Shown here in pieces: positions 20,090-30,619 of a stretch of 44,994 nucleotides of DNA (positions are counted from its first letter, which is position 1; the number at the start of each line of letters is the position of its first letter). The notes under the pieces are model-generated. The model did no database searches. It was not told the origin of the DNA and saw nothing but the letters and a program-made list of their open reading frames with translations. The stretch is taken from NCBI GenBank assembly GCA_945787995.1, contig CALZKI010000001.1, positions 1 to 44,994 of the forward strand. Reading direction: 5' to 3'. Both the position numbers and the translations under genes were made by a program. This stretch comes from an uncultured Lachnospiraceae bacterium. GTDB lineage: Bacteria; Bacillota; Clostridia; Lachnospirales; Lachnospiraceae.

Positions 20090-20947
20090 ATGGCCTCCAT
20101 GAGAGACATAAAAAGGCGTAAAGGCAGTATCCAAAGCACACAGCAGATTACGAAGGCTATGAAGCTGGTTTCTACCGTAAAGCTACAGCGTGCGAAGCAA
20201 CGTGCAGAGGAATCAAAATCATATTTTGATCTGATGTATGAAACTGTGACAAGCGTGCTGGCCAGAACTACCGGACTGAATCATCCCTACTTACAGGGAG
20301 GTGAATCCGGAAAGAAGGCTGTGATTGCCATTACATCCAACAGAGGTTTGGCCGGCGGATATAACTCCAACATTGTAAAACTGGTACGTGACGGTGGTTT
20401 TTCAGCGGATGACACGGCAATTTATGCCATTGGTAAAAAGGGTAGAGATGCCCTGGCCAGACAGGGTTATCAAATTGCTATTGATGGAAGCGATGTGATG
20501 GAGGGACCTACTTATGCAGATGCCATTGCAATCAGTAAAGAGGTGTTGCAGGCATTCAAGGATGGCGAAGTAGGGGAGATATATCTTGCTTATACAAGAT
20601 TCAAAAATACGGTTGTACATGAGCCAAGGATACTGAAATTACTTCCTGTTGAAGTTCCCAATGTACAGGGAGAGACACAGGAAGCAAAGGCAGTCATGAA
20701 CTTTGAACCAAATGATGAAGAAGCATTGAACCAGATCATTCCCAAGTATATGACCAGTCTCATTTACGGTGGTCTGATCGAGGCGGTTGCCAGTGAGAAC
20801 GGTGCCCGAATGCAGGCTATGGATTCCGCAACAAACAATGCGGAAGAGATGATCAACAAACTGTCTTTGCAGTACAATAGAGCACGACAGGGTGCTATTA
20901 CACAAGAATTAACAGAAATCATCGCGGGTGCAAATGCTATTTCATAA
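20090..20947 (+). CDS. atpG: F1 subunit gamma
   Basis: ITKAMKLVS, RGLAGGYN, YNRARQGAITQEL. Confidence 0.97.
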   Translation: MASMRDIKRRKGSIQSTQQITKAMKLVSTVKLQRAKQRAEESKSYFDLMYETVTSVLARTTGLNHPYLQGGESGKKAVIAITSNRGLAGGYNSNIVKLVRDGGFSADDTAIYAIGKKGRDALARQGYQIAIDGSDVMEGPTYADAIAISKEVLQAFKDGEVGEIYLAYTRFKNTVVHEPRILKLLPVEVPNVQGETQEAKAVMNFEPNDEEALNQIIPKYMTSLIYGGLIEAVASENGARMQAMDSATNNAEEMINKLSLQYNRARQGAITQELTEIIAGANAIS

Positions 20948-20964
20948 GGCTTTGCAGCGCATAG

Positions 20965-22383
<1,419 letters not shown>

Positions 22384-22399
22384 GAAGGTAGGGTGTTTG

Positions 22400-22804
22400 A
22401 TGGCAGATAATCAGTTTTTGTTGAAAATCATTACACCTGATCGCGTTTTCTATAATCATGATGTAACCATGGTAGAATTCAATACCCTGGAAGGTGAGGT
22501 CGGCATTTACAAGAACCATGTGCCGATGACCATGATCATTGCCCCCGGTATTCTTACGATTACTGATGAAGAAGGTCCCAAAAATGCGGCATTGCATTCC
22601 GGCTTTGTAGAAGTGTTACCTGAACAGGTGACCATTTTGGCGGAAGTGATTGAGTGGCCGGACGAGGTGGATCTGGGCAGAGCCGAAGAGGCAAGAAAAC
22701 GTGCGGAAGCCAGATTGAAAGAACCTTCGGGAAAATATGATATGGATCGTGCAGAGATGGCACTTAGAAGAGCGATTGCCAGAATCGAGGCTGCAAAAAA
22801 ATAA
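22400..22804 (+). CDS. atpC: F1 subunit epsilon
   Basis: LKIITPDR, GEVGIYKNHVP, C-terminal helix pair. Confidence 0.95.
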   Translation: MADNQFLLKIITPDRVFYNHDVTMVEFNTLEGEVGIYKNHVPMTMIIAPGILTITDEEGPKNAALHSGFVEVLPEQVTILAEVIEWPDEVDLGRAEEARKRAEARLKEPSGKYDMDRAEMALRRAIARIEAAKK

Positions 22805-22890
22805 GCCTGCAGGCAATATTGAGACGAATCATAGAAAAACCATCATGCCTACTTATTCATATAATATGGTAAATATGTGAGGAGTTATAT

Positions 22891-23262
22891 ATGAACCGGG
22901 ATTTTTTGCCATATTATATGATGTATCCTTTTCCCTTTTGGGAGGAACGGGATGCACATATTACCAGAGATTTGGAATACCTGCAGCAAATGTATCCGAA
23001 GAAGGCGAAGCAGTACCAAAAACTGGTATATGAGACGCTAAATCTTCTGGATTACGAGGGAAGTGTCATCTATGATGAATATCCGGATAAGCTGCAGCTG
23101 GAGAGAATTACAGAAACCGTGACAGACAAAATCACACGATCCGGAGAAGCAGATACTTCCCGTCAGGATCTGGAGTGGATCAAGGAACTGGTGCAGATTA
23201 TTGTATATTATGAAATATATAGAAGGCGCCACAAGGAAAAATCAACTTTTCCGTCTTTTTGA
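22891..23262 (+). CDS. Hypothetical protein, 123 aa (possibly sporulation-related)
   Basis: GAGGAG RBS; core YLQQMYP...YEGSVIYDEYPD; followed by its own terminator. Confidence 0.75.
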   Translation: MNRDFLPYYMMYPFPFWEERDAHITRDLEYLQQMYPKKAKQYQKLVYETLNLLDYEGSVIYDEYPDKLQLERITETVTDKITRSGEADTSRQDLEWIKELVQIIVYYEIYRRRHKEKSTFPSF

Positions 23263-23284
23263 TGTGAAAAGAGGTAGAATGAAT

Positions 23285-23317
23285 ATAGTCATAGCCTGTG
23301 GGCTATGACTATTCTTT
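23285..23317 (+). terminator. Intrinsic terminator
   Basis: ATAGTCATAGCC-TGTG-GGCTATGACTAT perfect 12-bp stem followed by TCTTT. Confidence 0.65.
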
Positions 23318-23404
23318 GTAGTGTGGCCAGCGAAGTTGGACCACACTTGTTCACAGCAATATATAGGAACAGTAACGTCGTTATAGAAATTGATAGGAAA
23401 ACGT

Positions 23405-25939
23405 ATGCGAAAAACAGTCATTAGAACAATATATCTGGTGGTAGTGTTTATCGTATCCTGTCTTCTGATTTCCAAAGTAATGAGCCAGGGCAATACGGAT
23501 ATTACAATGGAAATGGCAGAACCAACTTACCCCATTGTGAGTTTTCGTATCGGAAACGAAAGTGTAAATCAATTGCATGGTTATGCGAAACCAATGGACT
23601 GTGGTTATTTACGAGACACTATTTTACCGATTTCATCGGATAGAACTGCATATTACAGAATCGAATGTTATGGAAGTGACGTGGATTCCATGCTCTTTGA
23701 GGTGAGAAGTATGGATGGAGAGCGTCTTGTAGAAAGTACCGGGATTCCTGAATTCTACAAAGTAGGTGACTGCATTGACGGCAGCATTGTACTTAAGGAC
23801 CTGATTGACCCTGACAGAGAGTATATGCTTGTTTTCATTCTTCATCTGAAGGATGGACAGGAAGTACGTTACTATACCAGAATTCTGCAGACGGAATCCT
23901 GTAACATCGAAGAAAAACTTGCTTATGTGAGGCAGTTTCATAACAGAACCTTTCGTAAGGAAAAAGTGGCTGAACTGTCCAAATATATGGAACCCAATTC
24001 GGAAGGAGATAATACTACATTAAGTAAGGTGACGATTCATAGCAATTTAAAACAGTTGGGCTATGTAGATCTGGAAATGACCAAATTGTCGGATCCTGTG
24101 ATTGACATCAAAGAAGTGGCAAAGGACACAGGTTCCTTTGAACTGAATTATGTCATATCGGGCGACTACAATAAACAGAGAAAGTATTATTTTGTCAATG
24201 AAAAGTATCGTATTCGGTATACACCGGACCGTATATATCTGTTGGATTATCAGCGAACCATGGATCAGATATTTGACGAAAATGATGATATTTTTGCAAA
24301 TGACAAGATAGATCTGGGTATCACTGACGAAAATGTTTCCCTGGTGGAAAGTGACGGTGGAAATGTATTCGCATTTCAAACTGCAGGAAAGTTGTTCAGC
24401 TATAATATTGCGGATCACAAGCTTGCAAAATTATTCTCTTTCCCCACAGATCAGATAAACGATAAGAGATCCAATTATGGTAACCATGATATCAAGATAT
24501 TGAACGTAGACGAGACAGGAAATGTGGAGTTTATGGTGTATGGTTATATGAATCGGGGACGTCATGAAGGCCATGTGGGTCTGGTCATTTACACTTATAA
24601 CAGTTTACTGAACACAGTGGAAGAAAACTGTTACCTGGATTATGCAAAATCTGCGGAAATCTTAAAAGAAGAGGTTGAGCAGTTGGCTTTTGTCAGCAAG
24701 GAAGGAACTGCTTACTTTGTATTAGACGGAACAGTATATGCATTCCGTTTGAAGGAACATACGTATGATATTGTTGCCTCCAATCTGGTGCGGGGAAATT
24801 ATCAGGTTTCCACATCCAATCAGATGCTGGTATATCAAAGTGGCGGTGAACTGTATTCCTGCAGATCCATGACCTTATGTAATCTGCAAAACGGTACAAC
24901 CACTCAGGTAGAAGCCGGTCATGGCAACTATATCCTGCCGCTGGGCTTTATGGGCGAAGATCTGGTATACGGACTTGCGAAAATGACAGATGTGGTAACG
25001 GATAGAAAAGGGAATACCATCTTCCCCATGTATTGTCTGAAGATTCAGAACGCCAAAGGAGAACTGCTGAAAACCTATCAGATGGATGATATCTATATCA
25101 TGGGCTGGGAATTTGGCGAGAATCAGATTCAACTGGAGTTGGCAAAGAAAAATGAAGAAGGTCTATATGTGGAAACCACAGGAGACCAGATCGTGAATAC
25201 AGAGGAAGTAAAGGCAGGCAGTAATGTAATCAGTACAGCTATTACAGAGGAGTATGAAAAGATTGTACAGATTCAGATGAAGCAGGAAGTGAAGGCCAAG
25301 AATGTAAAAATCCTTTCTCCGAAAGAAGTGATTTTTGAAGGACAGCGAAGCTTTGCCATGCAGAAAACTGAAAACGAGAAAGAAAGATACTATGTATACG
25401 ATCTGTATGGGATCAGGGGTATCTATCAAAATCCCGGAACGGCGGTATCTGTAGCCAACCAGTATGCCGGCGTGGTAGTCGGTAACCGGGGAGAATATAT
25501 CTGGATCAGAGGCAATCTGGTCACAAGAAACCAGATTATGGCAATCAAGGATCCGGAGCAGACAGAACCGGAAAACAGTTTGTCCAACTGCTTGGATATG
25601 ATCTTAAGATATAACGGCGTATCTACTAACACGGAAGTATTGTTGCAGAATGGCAGCAATGTATTGGATATCTTGCGAAACAACCTTCCAAATGCCACAG
25701 TATTGGAATTGTCCGGATGTAATCTGGAATCCGTATTATATTATCTGAATCGGGATATTCCTGTTTTGGTATTGTTGAATGATGGGACGGCAGTTGCTCT
25801 TACGGGATTTAACGAGACCCAGGTTGTAATTTACAATCCCGTAAAAGATGCACTGTATAAGATCAGCAAAAATGAAGCTGCCACCTGGTTCGAAGAAAAC
25901 GGAAACAACTTCATAACCTACATTCCAACTGCCGATTGA
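23405..25939 (+). CDS. Large membrane-anchored hypothetical protein (~844 aa) with a degenerate C39-peptidase-like C-terminal domain
   Basis: Long ORF with N-terminal TM helix; C-terminus CLDMILRYNG...LNRDIPVLV...VALTGF...VIYNP. Confidence 0.8.
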   Translation: MRKTVIRTIYLVVVFIVSCLLISKVMSQGNTDITMEMAEPTYPIVSFRIGNESVNQLHGYAKPMDCGYLRDTILPISSDRTAYYRIECYGSDVDSMLFEVRSMDGERLVESTGIPEFYKVGDCIDGSIVLKDLIDPDREYMLVFILHLKDGQEVRYYTRILQTESCNIEEKLAYVRQFHNRTFRKEKVAELSKYMEPNSEGDNTTLSKVTIHSNLKQLGYVDLEMTKLSDPVIDIKEVAKDTGSFELNYVISGDYNKQRKYYFVNEKYRIRYTPDRIYLLDYQRTMDQIFDENDDIFANDKIDLGITDENVSLVESDGGNVFAFQTAGKLFSYNIADHKLAKLFSFPTDQINDKRSNYGNHDIKILNVDETGNVEFMVYGYMNRGRHEGHVGLVIYTYNSLLNTVEENCYLDYAKSAEILKEEVEQLAFVSKEGTAYFVLDGTVYAFRLKEHTYDIVASNLVRGNYQVSTSNQMLVYQSGGELYSCRSMTLCNLQNGTTTQVEAGHGNYILPLGFMGEDLVYGLAKMTDVVTDRKGNTIFPMYCLKIQNAKGELLKTYQMDDIYIMGWEFGENQIQLELAKKNEEGLYVETTGDQIVNTEEVKAGSNVISTAITEEYEKIVQIQMKQEVKAKNVKILSPKEVIFEGQRSFAMQKTENEKERYYVYDLYGIRGIYQNPGTAVSVANQYAGVVVGNRGEYIWIRGNLVTRNQIMAIKDPEQTEPENSLSNCLDMILRYNGVSTNTEVLLQNGSNVLDILRNNLPNATVLELSGCNLESVLYYLNRDIPVLVLLNDGTAVALTGFNETQVVIYNPVKDALYKISKNEAATWFEENGNNFITYIPTAD

Positions 25940-25946
25940 GTTGATG

Positions 25947-26121
25947 GCTGGTTCGCAGGATATGCTTCTTCGCGGAGCTATGCATTTGTATTTAGACACG
26001 CTCTCGCTCTATTGAGAACGTAGCGGACGCTAATTCGCAAAAAACGCTCATAAGCGCCGACGTTCTCAAAAGGTCTTCATACAAATCATAGACTCCACTC
26101 GTGCATATCCTGTGAACCAGC
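25947..26121. repeat. 175-bp rod-like imperfect palindrome between convergent genes (MITE/REP-like)
   Basis: GCTGGTTCGCAGGATATGC / GCATATCCTGTGAACCAGC outer arms; inner GGAGCTATGCATTTGTAT / ATACAAATCATAGACTCC and TTGAGAACGT / ACGTTCTCAA. Confidence 0.75.
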
Positions 26122-26159
26122 TTTTTCATTCTCTTTGGTTGTAGTTAGAACTGACGAAA

Positions 26160-26660
26160 TCAGGCTTGGTGGAAAATGCGGCCGGCGTGCTTCTGCAGGG
26201 TGAACAGGAGGAGCATGCCCAGGATACCGCAGGAAATGATTTCTCCTGCGGTTACGGTAAGGAATGAGAACCATAATGGCTCGATACCGTAGCAGTATAA
26301 GAGTACGAAGGGGACTACGATGGCATTAGCTGCAATAGGAAATACCGGAGCTAACCACTTGTTCTTTTTGAATTTGTAGGTAAGGATTGCGGCAACCAAA
26401 GTAGCCAGACTGCCAAAGACGATGTCAGGTAAAGCACAACCGGTAAGGATGTTGCTAAGCAGACAACCTACGAACAGACCGGGAATTGCGGCAGGTGTGA
26501 AAAAAGGCAGAATCGTAAGTGCCTCTGAAAACCGAACCTGCACGGCATAGTTCGCCAGGCCCATTGCGTTGGCAAGGAAAGTGAGTACTATGTACAGAGC
26601 TGCGATAAGGGCAGCCTGACATAGTAACAGAATGTTGTTACTGTTAGAATTGTTTTTCAT
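26160..26660 (-). CDS. queT: QueT family queuosine-precursor ECF transporter S component
   Basis: AALIAALYIVLT, VQVRFSEAL, PGLFVGCLLSN, DIVFGSLAT; preQ1 riboswitch upstream. Confidence 0.9.
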   Translation of the reverse strand: MKNNSNSNNILLLCQAALIAALYIVLTFLANAMGLANYAVQVRFSEALTILPFFTPAAIPGLFVGCLLSNILTGCALPDIVFGSLATLVAAILTYKFKKNKWLAPVFPIAANAIVVPFVLLYCYGIEPLWFSFLTVTAGEIISCGILGMLLLFTLQKHAGRIFHQA

Positions 26661-26668
26661 GATTTTGT

Positions 26669-26731
26669 TCTCCTTAGTTTTGTTTTTTACACCGCAAGGC
26701 GGTTTCGGTCAGGATGGTCTCGAACTGACCT
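26669..26731 (-). promoter_or_regulatory. preQ1 class I riboswitch (translational), with an extra hairpin in L3
   Basis: Minus strand GGTCAG-TTCGAGACCATC-CTGACC stem-loop, then GAAACCGCCTTGCGGTG, then the A-rich tail TAAAAAACAAAACTAAGGAG overlapping the queT RBS; TTGCAA-N17-TATGGT promoter just upstream. Confidence 0.8.
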
Positions 26732-26910
26732 TATATACCATAACGAAAATGAGATATGTTTGCAAGTATATTTTGAAGAACAATAGGAAGAAAGACGCAG
26801 CGGAAAGTACAAGAGTGACGAACAGGAAAACATTGGAAAGAAAAAAGCAACGAAAGAAAAAAGAGCAATAGGCAGATAAAACAATGGAAAGAAAGTAAAG
26901 AATGGAACAT

Positions 26911-26940
26911 AAAAAGAGGTTGTCCGGCAACCTCTTTTTT
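26911..26940 (-). terminator. Intrinsic terminator downstream of prs
   Basis: AAAAAGAGGTTG-TCCGG-CAACCTCTTTTT. Confidence 0.8.
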
Positions 26941-26996
26941 AACCAATAGTGAAGTATTATTCAAATCATACAATGATCATCGTATTTGATATGCGA

Positions 26997-28184
26997 TTAA
27001 TCTAACTCTCCGTTCTGATATCTGGCAACGATAGATTGAATTCTTTCTACAGGGTTTAATAAATCACTGATAGATGTGTCATGGTTTAACGTATCAATCA
27101 GATAAGCAATGTATTTGCTCATATCACAGTTGATGTACCATTCCCGCTCTAACAAATCTTCCGTCTGGTATACCAGGTTGGTTGTCAGCACACGGCTGAT
27201 GGTACCATTTTCATAAGCTTCATCAAACCGTTTCAAGCCTGCAGTAAACAGGCCGAAGGTAGCAAAGATAAAAATTCTGTTTGCTTTTCGCGCCTTCAAT
27301 GCGGTAGCTACTTCAATAACGCTTTCGCCGGAGGAGATCATGTCATCAATGACGATGACGTCCTTACCCTCTACGCTGGAGCCTAAGAATTCGTGAGCCA
27401 CAATGGGGTTTCTGCCATTCACAACCCGGGTATAGTCACGACGCTTGTAGAACATACCCATATCAAGACCAAGTACGTTGGCAATATAAATGGCTCTGCT
27501 CATGCCGCCTTCATCAGGGCTCACTACCATCATATGATCAGCGTCAATGGAAAGACCTTTTACATGCGTTAGTAATCCCTTGATAAACTGATAAGCCGGC
27601 TGCACTGTTTCAAAGCCGCTTAATGGAATAGCATTTTGTACACGAGGGTCATGGGCATCAAAGGTGATGATGTTATCCACGCCCATATTTACCATTTCCT
27701 GTAAGGCCAATGCACAGTCAAGGGATTCTCTTGCGGTTCTCTTGTGTTGTCGGCTTTCATATAGGAAAGGCATAATCACTGTAATACGTCTGGCTTTGCC
27801 CCCTACTGCAGCAATGATTCTCTTTAGATCCTGATAGTGATCGTCAGGGGACATATGATTGATCTGTCCGCAGAGAGAATAGGTTAAACTGTAGTTGGCT
27901 ACATCAACCATAATATATAAATCTACGCCACGTACAGATTCTAATATGGTTCCCTTGGCTTCTCCTGATCCGAAACGGGGAACCTTGGCACCGAGAATAT
28001 ATGAGTTACGCTGATATCCTGCAAATGCCAAACTGTCTTTGTGTTCACTCTCCCGTTCGGTTCTCCATTTAACAAGATAATAATCCACCTTTTCACCAAG
28101 GGATTTACAACCTTGCATGGGAATGAGTCCTAAAGAACCCACTGGGATTGTTTCAAGATTACGCTTTTCCTCACGTCTGTTCAT
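26997..28184 (-). CDS. prs: Ribose-phosphate pyrophosphokinase (long clostridial type)
   Basis: RFGSGE, MPFLYESRQH, DAHDPRVQ, VSPDEGG, VIDDMISSGES; start could be 28199 instead. Confidence 0.93.
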   Translation of the reverse strand: MNRREEKRNLETIPVGSLGLIPMQGCKSLGEKVDYYLVKWRTERESEHKDSLAFAGYQRNSYILGAKVPRFGSGEAKGTILESVRGVDLYIMVDVANYSLTYSLCGQINHMSPDDHYQDLKRIIAAVGGKARRITVIMPFLYESRQHKRTARESLDCALALQEMVNMGVDNIITFDAHDPRVQNAIPLSGFETVQPAYQFIKGLLTHVKGLSIDADHMMVVSPDEGGMSRAIYIANVLGLDMGMFYKRRDYTRVVNGRNPIVAHEFLGSSVEGKDVIVIDDMISSGESVIEVATALKARKANRIFIFATFGLFTAGLKRFDEAYENGTISRVLTTNLVYQTEDLLEREWYINCDMSKYIAYLIDTLNHDTSISDLLNPVERIQSIVARYQNGELD

Positions 28185-28195
28185 GGGGATTTGCC

Positions 28196-29158
28196 TCACT
28201 TTCTGTTCCTTTTCTTTATGATTCTGATATCTGAACCGGTAAGCTTACAAAGCTCAAACTGACTGGTGATACGAGAGAATACTCTGTCAGAATACCGGTC
28301 TCTTAATTCTTCCAACGAAAGATTGGTGGAAATGATAGTTGCTTTTTTTGCAAGATGACGACTGGTTAAACAGGAGAATAAACTGGACGCCACGAACTGA
28401 TTCATCAGCTCTGTTCCAAGGTCGTCGATGATCAGAAGATCGCAGGAGGTAATATCCGACAGTTCCACATCGGATTCAGAACCTGCTTTTCGGAATGTAT
28501 GCTGCGCCATTTGTTCAAAGAACTCGGTGGCACTAAAATACACCACAGAATTGCCTTTGTTCAACAATTCTTTGGCAATACAAGCCGATAAGAATGATTT
28601 ACCAGTACCTACTGTACCATAAAAGAATAGATTGTGATAGTCGGAATTAAAGTTTTTTACAAAATTTCTGGCGGTCTGTTCCGCACTGCGAAAGCGATGT
28701 AAGTCATCTCCCTGATAGAATTCATAGGAAAGATTATCAAAATTTTCTGTCTCCAACAGTTCATTGATATGAGACTGGTGAAAGAGAAGAGAAATGATCG
28801 CCTGCTTAAAGCAATGGCATTTTTCTGTGCCTATATATCCGGTGTCCTTGCAATCCGGACAATCGTAGACAGGTTCCAGATAATCAGCCGGATATCCGGA
28901 TTTTACCAATAGCTCTGTTCGCTGTTTGCGAAGCTCTGCCAATATATCGTGGAGAGAGGCAAGGGCGGAATCATCGCCGCTTAATAATTTTTCTCCCTGG
29001 GCAACACTGATGGAAGCAATGGAATCGCACAAGTCCGCGTAGCCTTTGACCTTATCGCGTACTTCACGCTTCCTTTCTTCCATCAGGTGTCGGTTTTTGG
29101 TCTGGGTTGCCTCGTACTTCCGAAGCAGTAAATCGTATTGCGCGTTGGATAAAGCCAC
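28196..29158 (-). CDS. DnaC/DnaI-like AAA+ helicase loader
   Basis: Zn motif CPDCKDTG...CHC, Walker A GTVGTGKS, LLIIDDLGTE, ISTNL, RVFSRI. Confidence 0.88.
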   Translation of the reverse strand: MALSNAQYDLLLRKYEATQTKNRHLMEERKREVRDKVKGYADLCDSIASISVAQGEKLLSGDDSALASLHDILAELRKQRTELLVKSGYPADYLEPVYDCPDCKDTGYIGTEKCHCFKQAIISLLFHQSHINELLETENFDNLSYEFYQGDDLHRFRSAEQTARNFVKNFNSDYHNLFFYGTVGTGKSFLSACIAKELLNKGNSVVYFSATEFFEQMAQHTFRKAGSESDVELSDITSCDLLIIDDLGTELMNQFVASSLFSCLTSRHLAKKATIISTNLSLEELRDRYSDRVFSRITSQFELCKLTGSDIRIIKKRNRK

Positions 29159-29200
29159 GTGTACTCTCCTTATTTTTGAAAATGGAATAACCCTAAAGGG

Positions 29201-30286
29201 TTACCCGTTACTTAACAATTCTTTCTCTAAAGCACTGAAATCGTAATCATGCTGTTCGAACTTTCCAAAAGCACCGGGGGCAGCTTTGGGTATAGCAGCG
29301 GAACTTGTTTTCTTATGAGCCTGATCCAACCCGGCGATATCTGCTTTCTGCTTTACACCGGCCTGATGCCAGTTGGTCAGAATTTTGTCAGCATATTCAA
29401 AACGATGAGAGTCAGTTGCCAATACGGTTCTGTCACAGGCTGCCTTAATGATGGACAAATCAAAGCCGAAGTCGTTAGTCCATCTTTTGATGAAAACCAT
29501 TTCTGCATCTGTGGGAATGGAATTTTTACCCAGGGCATTCATGATTTCATACACAATTTTATCATATTTCGAAGCAAAACGGGCCGCCTGTTTGGGGGTA
29601 GAAATGCCTGCCTGTGCCCAGTTTATTGCAACCTTTTCGATATAGCGGAAGTCCGTTTTGCCGCGGCCTACGCAGTACTGAATCAGGTAATCGATCAAAT
29701 CCTCCGAAAATGCAAGCTTATCGGAAATAAAGAAAATGGACTTGATCTCGTTGGGTGTCAAAATTTTCTTTAAGTACTGCTCTGCAATAAACAGAAGTCT
29801 GGAACTGGCTTCGTTGCTCTTAAACGCTTTCAGCTGGTCCAAAGAATACTGGGGTTTCTCATAAGGATCGGCACTCTGCTCCGGCTCGTTTTCTTTTGTC
29901 AGGTCAGTCACTGTGGTAAACAGTCTGACAGAAGGAATGGGAGTGGGAATGGCAGGGCTGTTTTTTCCATCACCGGCTTCCTTTGCAGCATCGGGGATGG
30001 GCAAAAACTGTAAGCTTTCCAGAGATTTATCCTCCCGGAAGGAGAGCTTCAGCAATTTCTTCTTCTCCCAATATTTCAGGGCACGGATAATATCTTTTTC
30101 AGTATAGTTGAACAGATCTGCCAAATCAGAAATACTGGTGCTTTGGCCGGCATTTACCATGCGAAGAAGATACAGATAGATCTTCAACTGGGCATCATTG
30201 GCATCAGCCATATAGGTATCAATAAAACAATTTGACAGCACGGTAAAATCAGCGCAGCCATTTTGCGACATTCTAAACTCTCCCAT
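29201..30286 (-). CDS. DnaD-domain replication initiation protein (two DnaD-like domains)
   Basis: NCFIDTYM.DAN...KIYLYLL; two repeats YIEKVAINW and YADKILTNW. Confidence 0.88.
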   Translation of the reverse strand: MGEFRMSQNGCADFTVLSNCFIDTYMADANDAQLKIYLYLLRMVNAGQSTSISDLADLFNYTEKDIIRALKYWEKKKLLKLSFREDKSLESLQFLPIPDAAKEAGDGKNSPAIPTPIPSVRLFTTVTDLTKENEPEQSADPYEKPQYSLDQLKAFKSNEASSRLLFIAEQYLKKILTPNEIKSIFFISDKLAFSEDLIDYLIQYCVGRGKTDFRYIEKVAINWAQAGISTPKQAARFASKYDKIVYEIMNALGKNSIPTDAEMVFIKRWTNDFGFDLSIIKAACDRTVLATDSHRFEYADKILTNWHQAGVKQKADIAGLDQAHKKTSSAAIPKAAPGAFGKFEQHDYDFSALEKELLSNG

Positions 30287-30418
30287 AATTCACCTTTTCA
30301 TTCACACATTTGCCCGTTCACACACTCGAGCAAGTGTGATTATAGCATGGTCATTTGCAAATAGATATGGTCAAAGTGACAGAATAAACAAAATCCTTTT
30401 TGGGAGGCGGACTGTCTT

Positions 30419-30619
30419 TTATCCACATTTTTACAGATGAAATGTGGATTTCGTGGATAGCATCGCTGTAGGGTTGATTTTGCGGAAGGCGAACGAAAAA
30501 AATATCCACGAAAAAGGGAGAACAGAAAACTCTCTTTTCGTGGATATGTGGATAACTTTATTCCAGAAGCAGGTTTTCTCCGATTTTTACAACATCTCCG
30601 GCCCCCATAGTTATCAACA
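30419..30619. promoter_or_regulatory. DnaA-box cluster upstream of the dnaD-like / dnaC-like / prs genes
   Basis: Perfect TTATCCACA 30419-30427 and TGTGGATAA 30547-30555; degenerate boxes at 30443, 30452, 30502, 30539 and 30611. Confidence 0.75.
30502..30547 (-). terminator. Terminator of murC whose stem ends are degenerate DnaA boxes
   Basis: ATATCCACGAAAAAGGGAG / CTCTCTTTTCGTGGATAT stem followed by a T run on the minus strand. Confidence 0.65.

Noticed and set aside
28196-30286. Prophage replication module or IS21 IstB (DnaD + DnaC-like pair)
   Set aside because: Flanked by murC and prs with no integrase, transposase or phage genes; looks like the housekeeping loader pair.
30419-30619. 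Chromosomal origin oriC
   Set aside because: No dnaA/dnaN/rpmH/gidA context and no clear unwinding element; treated as a regulatory DnaA-box cluster.
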